From positions 1 through 42,730 of the IMG/VR virus record IMGVR_UViG_3300036846_000608: a stretch of 42,730 nucleotides of DNA; one strand, written 5' to 3'. Positions 24,652-32,246 of this stretch are shown piece by piece (within the stretch, counting starts at the first letter, position 1; every line of letters begins with the position of its first letter). The DNA comes from a virus. Both the position numbers and the translations under genes were made by a program. The notes under the pieces are model-generated. The model saw only the letters and a list, made by a program, of their open reading frames with translations. It did no database searches and was not told the origin of the DNA.

Positions 24652-26319
24652 TCACACGTTGACGCCGAGAACCTCGTAGGTCGCAGCAATCGCAATCAGT
24701 TCGACGTTTGGTTTCCCCTGCTGCGCCACCGTCACCTGCACGACCGGCGCATGCGAATAACCGGTTAAGCCAATCGAGACCCAGCCGGTGCTGCGCACCG
24801 GAGGCATCGAGGCGTAGGGCTGGTCCCATTTCGCCACATCCCATAATCCCTGATCCCAGACATCCGCCGGCCCCGGATCGGGACCGGCCATCGGTGGCGG
24901 CGGCAGCGTCACCAGATAATCGGTAACCGCCGATAGCTGCGGCTGGAACGGGTCTCGATTGGAGGCCGCAAACGAAGCCCGCGCCTGGTGCCAGACCACG
25001 GTCTGCGGCGGCGCCTGGAACATCTCCCAGCCGCCGACCAGCACCGCGGTGTAGGGCATGCCATCGTCATAGCCGGTGCGATCGGCCTGCATCACGATGC
25101 CGTCCTGGTTGCCGAAGAACATGTCGGCGCGCATGCGGATGAAACAGGTAGCGTCGTAACCGACGAAGCGCGCCCAGGCGCCGGTCGCGGTATTGATGCC
25201 GGCACAGTAACGGTTGCCGGGCGCGCCTCCCGGCCAGGTGACGAAGATGCCGCCGTACTCGTCCCACCGCTTCATGGTCCACGACCAGGAACGCTTGGCG
25301 GCGACCTCGTCGCGCCACATCGGCTTGATCGGTGTCGTCAGCAAGCTGAGATCGAGTTGCTCGCTTTCCTTGGTAATCGCCGCCGACATCGGCGTGATGC
25401 CGTCGACGGTGGCAATCAAGAGATCGCCACCGATGCTGAGATGGGCATTCATGCCCATCGGCGCACCGATGCCGTAGCGCCCCTCCTGGCGCCAGTTCGC
25501 GGCGTTGGAGGGATCGGTGCCGGTAAAGATCAGCAGTTCGCCCTGATCGGTGCCGAACACGCATTTTTCGTCGATGCCATCACCGGCATCGAGCGACCAG
25601 GTCGCACCCCATAACAATTTGCCGCCCTTGGTCGCGGCGCCTGACAGCGGCACCAATTCAAGCTGACCCTGAATGGCGTTGAGTGGCAGGTACCATGCAT
25701 TCATGGTATCGCCCTCGAGGAAGAAGTAGCGGTTGCGATACTTCCAGACATAAGTAAGGTTCTGGCCGGTGGCACAGGATGGCGGCGGCGTTATCGCGGG
25801 GTCGGTAGTGATCTGGCTCGCGTTCAGCGTGGTCCAGGTTGAGCCGTCGAAGCGCAGTGGATAGTCGCCGGCATCGTTGACCACCATCAAATAGTCGCCG
25901 GAAGCGTTCGCCAGTTGCGAGGCGCAGTAATTGCCCGACAATTGCCCCGACTTCACCAGCACCGGGGTAACAGCACTGACATCGAATAGCTTGGTGTCCT
26001 GTCCGGCAAACATTTTTTGCACGTTGGCGCTGACATACTCGAACGCCGAGATCACCGGCTTGCGCAAGGTCGAGGGCACCGGCGGCACCGGAGTGTCAAG
26101 CGCATGCAGATCGCAGTAGCGGATGCAGCCGCCGCGCAACTGCACGCCGCGCAGCGTAGGTATCCAGTTGTCGCAGATGATGGCTCCGCCCGGCTTCATG
26201 TAGGCGAAGTTCTCATTCAGAATAATGCCGCGGGTCGGCGCCGGCAGCGTGATCGCCCGCAGTTGCTGCGCCGCCTGTTGCGGCACCGCCTGGCGACGAA
26301 AGGCCTGGTGCATACTCAT
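24652..26319 (-). CDS. large tail structural protein (tail-tubular-B/nozzle-like by size and position)
   Basis: 555 aa from MSMHQ (ATGA coupling). The position after an adaptor-sized gene follows a T7-like order. No motif-level proof. Confidence 0.55.
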   Translation of the reverse strand: MSMHQAFRRQAVPQQAAQQLRAITLPAPTRGIILNENFAYMKPGGAIICDNWIPTLRGVQLRGGCIRYCDLHALDTPVPPVPSTLRKPVISAFEYVSANVQKMFAGQDTKLFDVSAVTPVLVKSGQLSGNYCASQLANASGDYLMVVNDAGDYPLRFDGSTWTTLNASQITTDPAITPPPSCATGQNLTYVWKYRNRYFFLEGDTMNAWYLPLNAIQGQLELVPLSGAATKGGKLLWGATWSLDAGDGIDEKCVFGTDQGELLIFTGTDPSNAANWRQEGRYGIGAPMGMNAHLSIGGDLLIATVDGITPMSAAITKESEQLDLSLLTTPIKPMWRDEVAAKRSWSWTMKRWDEYGGIFVTWPGGAPGNRYCAGINTATGAWARFVGYDATCFIRMRADMFFGNQDGIVMQADRTGYDDGMPYTAVLVGGWEMFQAPPQTVVWHQARASFAASNRDPFQPQLSAVTDYLVTLPPPPMAGPDPGPADVWDQGLWDVAKWDQPYASMPPVRSTGWVSIGLTGYSHAPVVQVTVAQQGKPNVELIAIAATYEVLGVNV

Positions 26320-27029
26320 GGCGTCGGCACAGGCCACGGATAAGCGACACCGACAGTCGACTGTGCCGAGATCGGCGCGCGGTCGACCAGGATCGGCGAC
26401 GGCTTGTCGGCGCCCTCGGCTACTACCAGCGCATCGGCGAAGGTGCCCATGTCCTCGGCGTAGGCCGACCCCTTCGACGCCTTCCACTGCCAGATCATGC
26501 CGAGTTTCAATAGCCGCTCATCCAGCGCAAAGCTGTCGTTGTCATTCATAAAACTGTCGCCGAGGCCGCCAGCGTTCAACTTGACGCAGTTCTTGTCGAG
26601 GTAGGCAAAACTCGCGGTGATGCCGGCGCCGAGGATCGGCCAGAACAGCATCTGACCGCCGATCATGATCCACTCGCCCCAGGGCGAGAACCGGTTCAAC
26701 ATCCTCCGCTGCATCCACTCGTCGGTGTCGGAGATGAACCGCATCGGATGAATGGCCGAGGTCGAGCGCCAGACATTTGATGTCTTCAGCATCCGCTTGT
26801 AATTGGCCGGCAGGCTGAAGGCCTGGGTGGTGCCGTCGCCGGTGAATATCTGGGTCTTCTGCAACAGCGTCCACTCTCTGGTGTCGTAGGCGATGCGCTG
26901 CGCCATCTCGTTGGCGAGCGAGGCCATCTCCTGCATGGTGCGGTTGCCTGTGAGGTTTGAGAACACCGAGGTCGGCACCGGGGTGCCGACGCCGGCGCAG
27001 ACATCCTTCACCACCGACAGCAGCGTCAT
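26316..27029 (-). CDS. tail adaptor / tubular-A-like structural protein (by position)
   Basis: 237 aa with ATGA coupling on both sides. Confidence 0.5.
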   Translation of the reverse strand: MTLLSVVKDVCAGVGTPVPTSVFSNLTGNRTMQEMASLANEMAQRIAYDTREWTLLQKTQIFTGDGTTQAFSLPANYKRMLKTSNVWRSTSAIHPMRFISDTDEWMQRRMLNRFSPWGEWIMIGGQMLFWPILGAGITASFAYLDKNCVKLNAGGLGDSFMNDNDSFALDERLLKLGMIWQWKASKGSAYAEDMGTFADALVVAEGADKPSPILVDRAPISAQSTVGVAYPWPVPTP

Positions 27030-27736
27030 GCGGCGCGCTCCTTGTTTTCCTTTTTGACGTCTTCCGCCATCCGCAACAGGGTCTTGCGGTTGAGCGAGCC
27101 GGCGGGCTTCTGACCGGTGTTGGCGATGATGTATTCGCGCAATTGCTCTTCGCTCATGCCGGCGAACTCATCGGCGGGGATCAGGGTCTTGAGCCGTTCG
27201 GTGTCTTCTTCCAGCAGCGCGTTGCGGGCACGCAGCGCCTCCAGTTCGGCGGCCATCTGTAAGTTCGGCGCGGCGCGGTTGCTTTCCTCGATGTAGGCTT
27301 CCGCGGCGTTCTTCATGTCGCGTCCGCCGGGACCGAGGTTCTTCAGTTCCTGGCCGTCGATGCCGGCGAGTTGCTCGACGGTGTAGATGTTCTGCGCCCG
27401 CAGTTCGGCGCGGCGCGCCTCGGTCAGGAACGGCGCATGTGCCAGCGGCGTGCCGCTCTTGGTCTGCACCGTCTGCATCTTGAATTGCTGATACTGACGC
27501 GCGAAGCGTTCGGCGTAGGACAGTGGCGTCTGCTCGCCGGTCTCGGGATTGTCGACCCACATCGAGATCGCGGTCGCCGGATAGACGCCGGAGTTTTTCG
27601 AGCCGGGCATGCGGATTTCGCAGACCTCGATATCATCGAAGATCGGGCGGCCCGCCGTTAACGACTTGGCCTTGTTCTGGATCGCCAGGTGCTTGAAGAT
27701 CGGCACCAGTTGAGCGTCGGGGTCTCTGGTCGGCAT
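27026..27736 (-). CDS. virion-module protein, unknown function
   Basis: 236 aa. First gene after the post-capsid hairpin. Confidence 0.75.
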   Translation of the reverse strand: MPTRDPDAQLVPIFKHLAIQNKAKSLTAGRPIFDDIEVCEIRMPGSKNSGVYPATAISMWVDNPETGEQTPLSYAERFARQYQQFKMQTVQTKSGTPLAHAPFLTEARRAELRAQNIYTVEQLAGIDGQELKNLGPGGRDMKNAAEAYIEESNRAAPNLQMAAELEALRARNALLEEDTERLKTLIPADEFAGMSEEQLREYIIANTGQKPAGSLNRKTLLRMAEDVKKENKERAA

Positions 27737-27747
27737 CGATGTCTCCG

Positions 27748-27775
27748 TAAAAGCGGAGCCGCCAGTGGCGGCTCC
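27748..27775 (-). terminator. hairpin plus short U-tract directly after the major capsid gene (partial terminator or attenuator)
   Basis: GGAGCCGCC-act-GGCGGCTCC then gcuuuua on the minus strand. Confidence 0.55.
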
Positions 27776-27794
27776 AGGTGACTGCGACCGGGCG

Positions 27795-28817
27795 TTAGGC
27801 CGCAGGATTGCTGTCGTAGAAGCGCCAGTTGAACAGCGGATTGGTCATGGTCAGTTCGCCCATCCAGCCGATGAATTGCGCGATAGCGTCTTTGTCTATC
27901 GGCATCATTCCCTCCCCATCGAACACTTTGTCGAAGTTGCGGTTGGGGTGATAGCGCAGCCGCAGGCTGTCGGTGTTAATCCCCATCGTGGTGTTGGACG
28001 GCATGTTGGAGCCGATGCCGCCATCGAGCACGATCTCGGCGCGCTTGCCGCCGCCGATATACTCCAGCGCCGTGAACCCGAGTTGACCCAGCGAGGTCTC
28101 GTTGGTCTGGCGCTGGATCGCGACGGTGGCGGCGTCGTAGGCCGAGTAGTGTTCCGGCGACATGATCAGGAGATCGGCATATTGCTTGCCCCTGCTCTGC
28201 TTGATCATGATCTGGTTGAGGTAGGGCCGGATGGTGGTCGCGGTGACCTGGGTGCCGATGGTTGGGAACGCCGAATTGGCATCGTAGGTCTGGGTGCGCC
28301 AGATCACGGCGGTGCCGCGGTCGATGCCGCCGTAGACGCCGGAAGTATTGACGATTGGTATCGCGGTGGCGAGCCCGGTGATCTGTTTTCCGCCGTTGGC
28401 GGTGCCGTCGGAGTACAGGCCGGCATCCATGGTGTCTTCAAGGGCGCGTTCGGCAGCGTCGATGTAGCTGTCGTAGACGTCCATCAATTGGGCTTCGCCC
28501 TCGTTGTTGAGAATTTCCTGCATCGACAGGATCACCGGCACCACGACCATCTTGGGGTCGAAGTACGCATCGTTGAACAGATCGAGCGCGGGGTTGAGCA
28601 GTTGGTCGTAGCCGGAATACCACTGCGCGACCTGTTTGCTGATCTGAAGCGTCTGGCGGATGCGGGGACCGCTATAGGTATGCCACAGTCCCTTGCGGCG
28701 CATCACCGCAAGCAGTGCGTTGTTGTTGGAGACGAGGTCTTGGTAGCCCTTGGACCGGTCTTCCAGCGCCAACGAAAGTATCTGCTGATAAGCAGCATTA
28801 GTATTGATGTTTGGCAT
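27795..28817 (-). CDS. major capsid protein (HK97-fold expected)
   Basis: 340 aa with a strong SD (gggagagg). Immediately downstream of the scaffold-like gene and followed by a hairpin. Composition is typical of coat proteins. Confidence 0.7.
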   Translation of the reverse strand: MPNINTNAAYQQILSLALEDRSKGYQDLVSNNNALLAVMRRKGLWHTYSGPRIRQTLQISKQVAQWYSGYDQLLNPALDLFNDAYFDPKMVVVPVILSMQEILNNEGEAQLMDVYDSYIDAAERALEDTMDAGLYSDGTANGGKQITGLATAIPIVNTSGVYGGIDRGTAVIWRTQTYDANSAFPTIGTQVTATTIRPYLNQIMIKQSRGKQYADLLIMSPEHYSAYDAATVAIQRQTNETSLGQLGFTALEYIGGGKRAEIVLDGGIGSNMPSNTTMGINTDSLRLRYHPNRNFDKVFDGEGMMPIDKDAIAQFIGWMGELTMTNPLFNWRFYDSNPAA

Positions 28818-28845
28818 GATGCCTCTCCCAAAACGGTTTCAGGTT

Positions 28846-30093
28846 TCAGAGGCCTCCATTGACGCGCCGGATGGCGCTCTGGATGGCCTCGCGTCGACCG
28901 ACAGGCTTCTCGGATCGCGACGTCCCGTTTGAGGGGCTGTCGGGGGCTCCGTGAATGCTTTTGTCGGCAGGTCGGGTCTGAGCCGATGGGGTGCGGGTCT
29001 GAGCCGCGTGGGTGGTGCTGCGGGTCTGAGCCGCGTGGGTGCCGGGCCGGAGTAACTCCGCCCGGCGATAGGCGGTGTCGAGATCGAACCCGCGTTTGAG
29101 TTCGTCCTCGATGATGTCGCCTAATTCATCGAACCTCGGATGCGTGGCGGCGTACTGGTCGACCGCGCTCCTGGTGTAAGTGAACTGCTGCGCAGTATGC
29201 ATCTGATGCAGGTGCTGCTGCAAGCCCGCTATCTGCTGATGCAGCGCGCCAATCTGGTGGCTTTGCGCGCCCTGGGCGTTGGCGGTCTGCATGGTCCTGA
29301 GTTGCTCCGGCGACTGGCTCAGGACGTGATAGGCGATGTCGCGAAAGGTAAGTTTCTGCCCGTTGGGGGAGCGCAGATTGAGATTGTTGACGATGACGTC
29401 GAGGCCGCCGACCGGGTCTTGTCTTAGCCGCTGCTCCATCGAGACGTAGTTGGTCAGCGCCTTTTGCAGCGTGGTGCCGTGCTGGGTCGCCATGTCGTGA
29501 AACTGGCGGATCGAGTTCATGGTCTCATGGTCACCGCGATAATAGCGATGGGCGGCGTCGAACTCCTGCGCCATGCGGTAGACTTCGCCGCGCACACTCT
29601 CGGGCGCGGCATGCCATTCCGCCTTGGCGTGATCAGCCATCCGCGGCGGCGGCGCGCGGTAGGGTGTGCCCTCCGGCAATTGCTTGTGCGGCGCTCGCTG
29701 GCCTTGTGGTACCCGCTGCTGGTCCGGTTGGGGGTTCTGCTGCCGCGGCGCGAACTGACCGCGATCACCGCGCGGCTGCTCGGCGGGCCGCTTCTTGAGA
29801 TCGAGTTTTTCGGTCGGCTCAGGCGGATTGTTGTGACCAGGTTTGGCGTCGGCGACCGGCGCCGGCTTCTCGGCGTGCCGCTCCGGCTTCGGCGGCGGAT
29901 TAGAGGCGCGCTCATAGGCCTTCTGGATCGCCTCGCGGCGGCTCTCGGCGCGATGCTCCGATCCCTTGAAATCGGGACCGACCGGCTTACTGGGTGCCTG
30001 CTGGCCGACCGGGGTCGGGCTGGCGACGGGTTCTGGATTGATCGCAACTTCGCTGGCGCCGCCCGCTGGAGGGGCAACGGTGGTGTCGGTCAT
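28846..30093 (-). CDS. scaffolding protein candidate
   Basis: 415 aa from MTDTT (SD aggagatcgat). Pro/Gln-rich and helical, directly upstream of the capsid gene. Contains THAAQTR repeats and two RREAIQ motifs. Confidence 0.55.
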   Translation of the reverse strand: MTDTTVAPPAGGASEVAINPEPVASPTPVGQQAPSKPVGPDFKGSEHRAESRREAIQKAYERASNPPPKPERHAEKPAPVADAKPGHNNPPEPTEKLDLKKRPAEQPRGDRGQFAPRQQNPQPDQQRVPQGQRAPHKQLPEGTPYRAPPPRMADHAKAEWHAAPESVRGEVYRMAQEFDAAHRYYRGDHETMNSIRQFHDMATQHGTTLQKALTNYVSMEQRLRQDPVGGLDVIVNNLNLRSPNGQKLTFRDIAYHVLSQSPEQLRTMQTANAQGAQSHQIGALHQQIAGLQQHLHQMHTAQQFTYTRSAVDQYAATHPRFDELGDIIEDELKRGFDLDTAYRRAELLRPGTHAAQTRSTTHAAQTRTPSAQTRPADKSIHGAPDSPSNGTSRSEKPVGRREAIQSAIRRVNGGL

Positions 30094-30106
30094 ATCGATC
30101 TCCTGG

Positions 30107-30271
30107 TTAGCCGCGGACCTTGCGGATCGCTTTCTTGATGCTGTCGCGGCGCTGATCGGCGCGGTTGAACTCGCGCGCCACGGTCTGGCTGATGCCAACC
30201 TTTTTCGCGAAGACGGCGTCGTGCGCCGCCGCCGCCATGAAGCGTTTCTGCTTGGGTGATTTACTTGGCAC
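30107..30271 (-). CDS. DUF3008-like small protein (GTG start)
   Basis: PSKSPKQKRFMAAAAHDAVFAKKVGISQTVAREF resembles the DUF3008 SKAQQRFM.. pattern. The upstream part of the track ORF looks non-coding. Confidence 0.5.
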   Translation of the reverse strand: MPSKSPKQKRFMAAAAHDAVFAKKVGISQTVAREFNRADQRRDSIKKAIRKVRG

Positions 30272-30452
30272 GGTGTCCTGCCCGATATTTTTCGATTGCG
30301 CTTCTGATCGATTGCCGGCGCGATTGTTTTGACGGTCTTGCCAGGGCCGCAAGATGGTAAGACGTTTCCAGACCAAGCCCCGCCTGGACCAACACTTCGA
30401 TAACCCCACCAAGTTCATCAAACCGGGGGTGCGCCTTGGCGAACCGATCCAC
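30261..30452 (-). CDS. mini-paralog of the scaffold C-terminal region (GTG start; alternatively the +1 continuation of 30469..30780)
   Basis: FAKAHPRFDELGGVIEVLVQAGLGLETSYHLAALARP..RRQSIRSAIEKY parallels scaffold YAATHPRFDELGDIIEDELKRGFDLDTAYRRAELLRP..RREAIQSAIRRV. Confidence 0.5.
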   Translation of the reverse strand: MDRFAKAHPRFDELGGVIEVLVQAGLGLETSYHLAALARPSKQSRRQSIRSAIEKYRAGHRAK

Positions 30453-30468
30453 GTCCGCTCGTATCTGT

Positions 30469-30780
30469 TTAAACCCTGCGCCCCGCCCTGAACTCGGAGA
30501 TGGTTTTGCCAATCGTCTCCCGACGCTTTCTTTTGAATTGCGGGTCATCGGTCGTTCGCGTCTTTGGCTTGAACTTTTCATTGCCAACCTCAGTAAGACC
30601 GAGCGCGCGACCGACGGCACGGAACGCGCGCTTCGATGTGTAGAAGACGCCGTCGACCTGCTCGGTCGGTGGCATGATGTCAGAGATCACATAGGGCAGC
30701 GGCAGATCGGAGCGCGCCGGTTTGAGTTTAGGTCTATGGACGCGCCACTTGTTCGGCTCGACCTCGACCAATCGGATCAC
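30469..30780 (-). CDS. hypothetical 103-aa protein ending in an RRETIGKTISEF motif (GTG start)
   Basis: GTGA coupling with the upstream 56-aa ORF. Confidence 0.6.
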   Translation of the reverse strand: MIRLVEVEPNKWRVHRPKLKPARSDLPLPYVISDIMPPTEQVDGVFYTSKRAFRAVGRALGLTEVGNEKFKPKTRTTDDPQFKRKRRETIGKTISEFRAGRRV

Positions 30781-30947
30781 AATGGCGGTCCCACAAAGAC
30801 CACGGGGATGCCGCCCGTGGTCACCTGGGTCACTGCCACGCCCTTGCCGTTGGCGGCCTCCGTAACCGGCAGGCCGATCTTCAGCGTCCCCGTCACGTTA
30901 ATCACGGGCATGCCGCCCGAAGCCACGGTCACCACAGGCATGCCCAT
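30777..30947 (-). CDS. 56-aa protein with G(G)(M/I/L)PV repeats (below ORF-track cutoff)
   Basis: MGMPVVTVASGGMPVINVTGTLKIGLPVTEAANGKGVAVTQVTTGGIPVVFVGPPL. Starts 2 nt after the upstream stop, and its stop overlaps the next start. Confidence 0.55.
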   Translation of the reverse strand: MGMPVVTVASGGMPVINVTGTLKIGLPVTEAANGKGVAVTQVTTGGIPVVFVGPPL

Positions 30948-30949
30948 GG

Positions 30950-31156
30950 TTATTTGTGCTTCCTGGTTTCGTGCTCGCCCTTGTCGTGCTCGGCGGGCTT
31001 CTTCGGCTCCTCCTGCTTCGGCTCCGGCCTGACATTGCTGCCCGGCGGCTCGTTGATGCTCGGCGGAGTGTTGGTGTCGATGCTGGGCGGGGTGCTGGTA
31101 TCGACGGGCTTGTCGTCGTCGGCCTTGGGATGATCGCTCTTGGGATTGTTGCTCAT
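30950..31156 (-). CDS. 68-aa Pro/Lys/Asp/Glu-rich disordered protein
   Basis: MSNNPKS start in an ATGA overlap with the upstream stop. Confidence 0.6.
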   Translation of the reverse strand: MSNNPKSDHPKADDDKPVDTSTPPSIDTNTPPSINEPPGSNVRPEPKQEEPKKPAEHDKGEHETRKHK

Positions 31157-31899
31157 GTGAATGTCCATGTTTGCGGGGCGGTGGTAACGGCTCCTCCGGT
31201 GATGACGGTGACGGGCCAGGTGCCCGCCGAGGCTTTCTTGTTGACGGTCGCTGTCAGCGAGGTCGCGGAAACGAAGGTGGTGACCTGCGCCACGCCGTTG
31301 ACGTAGATCACCGACTGCTTGGTGAAGTTGGTGCCGGTGCAGGTCAGCGCCTGGGTGCCGGCGCCCGACACCGTCGAGGTCGGCGAGATCGAGGCCAGCG
31401 CCGGATTGGTCGCCGGCGACAATGACGAGGGGTGGGTCTGGTTCGGCACGGGCATCGTGCCTGCTGTCAGCGCCGGGCCGCAGCCAACGGTCTGCAACTG
31501 ACCGAACGGGCTCGGGTTGGGCACACTGGCGGTCGCCAGGGTCTCGGTGCCGGCGCCCTCATGCGCAACACTTGATGAGGCCGGCGTAGCGCCGACATTG
31601 TTGACATTGGCATAAGCACTGCCGCCGCCAGGATAAGTGTTCTCGGTGCCGCCGGCGGTCGCGCCCGATCCCGACGCCAGTGCCGCCACGTTGGCGGCGA
31701 ACACCAGGCCCGATGCGGCAGTGCCCTTATCGAAATACGGTGGCGGGAAGTCTTTCGGGTTAACCGAACTCCAGTTCTTGGGGTCGTTCATGGTGTTCTT
31801 GGTGAAGTTTGGCGGGTTGGGGCCGGTTACCCCGGTGAAGGCGAAATTGGTCGGCGGCGTCGGGTTGGGCGGGGTGACGGTGACGGCACTTTGAGCCAT
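31153..31899 (-). CDS. virion-surface protein candidate with a C-terminal Ig-like (IPT/TIG-like) domain
   Basis: C-terminus: ISPTSTVSGAGTQALTCTGTNFTKQSVIYVNGVAQVTTFVSATSLTATV...WPVTVITGG. SD ggagaaagtaca. Confidence 0.75.
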   Translation of the reverse strand: MAQSAVTVTPPNPTPPTNFAFTGVTGPNPPNFTKNTMNDPKNWSSVNPKDFPPPYFDKGTAASGLVFAANVAALASGSGATAGGTENTYPGGGSAYANVNNVGATPASSSVAHEGAGTETLATASVPNPSPFGQLQTVGCGPALTAGTMPVPNQTHPSSLSPATNPALASISPTSTVSGAGTQALTCTGTNFTKQSVIYVNGVAQVTTFVSATSLTATVNKKASAGTWPVTVITGGAVTTAPQTWTFT

Positions 31900-31945
31900 T
31901 GTACTTTCTCCTCGGGGTTGTTAAATTCGTAGTTTGTAAGAGGAT

Positions 31946-31951
31946 TATAAT
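31946..31951 (+). promoter_or_regulatory. perfect TATAAT hexamer just upstream of the opposite-strand gene
   Basis: Read directly. No well-spaced -35 element was found, and it overlaps the SD spacer of the TTG start. Confidence 0.25.
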
Positions 31952-31952
31952 C

Positions 31953-32246
31953 TTGAGCACCAAGGCCCATCACATCGAAATCGACGACGGCGACCCCAAT
32001 GAGGTTTTCGTCCACGTCACGATCAACGCCGAGGACAACAGCGTCATCGACATCATCGAGATGTATCTGATCGAGAGACGCGAGAGCGCCTACGCCATGG
32101 CACATCGGCTTGCGAAAGCACTCGACTTGCCGCTGACCCTGATCGATGGCTACGGCAGCGAGCCAAAATCCGTTACTGTCGGGCAAGATCGCCCATCCGG
32201 TTTGCCTCCTGCCACCGCGAAAGCCGCTCAACCCACTGAGGCGTAG
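31953..32246 (+). CDS. acidic 97-aa protein encoded antisense to the late operon (TTG start)
   Basis: TTG preceded by aagagga at 8 nt. Strong GC3 bias in the plus frame through the 273-nt gap between the minus-strand genes. The 3' end overlaps the convergent gene by 74 nt. Confidence 0.6.
   Translation: MSTKAHHIEIDDGDPNEVFVHVTINAEDNSVIDIIEMYLIERRESAYAMAHRLAKALDLPLTLIDGYGSEPKSVTVGQDRPSGLPPATAKAAQPTEA

Noticed and set aside
30107-30421. Full 104-aa track ORF as the gene.
   Set aside because: Only the C-terminal 54 aa look protein-like (DUF3008-like). The N-terminal part overlaps the better-supported scaffold-paralog frame. The internal GTG at 30271 with an upstream gcagga is preferred, though it remains uncertain.
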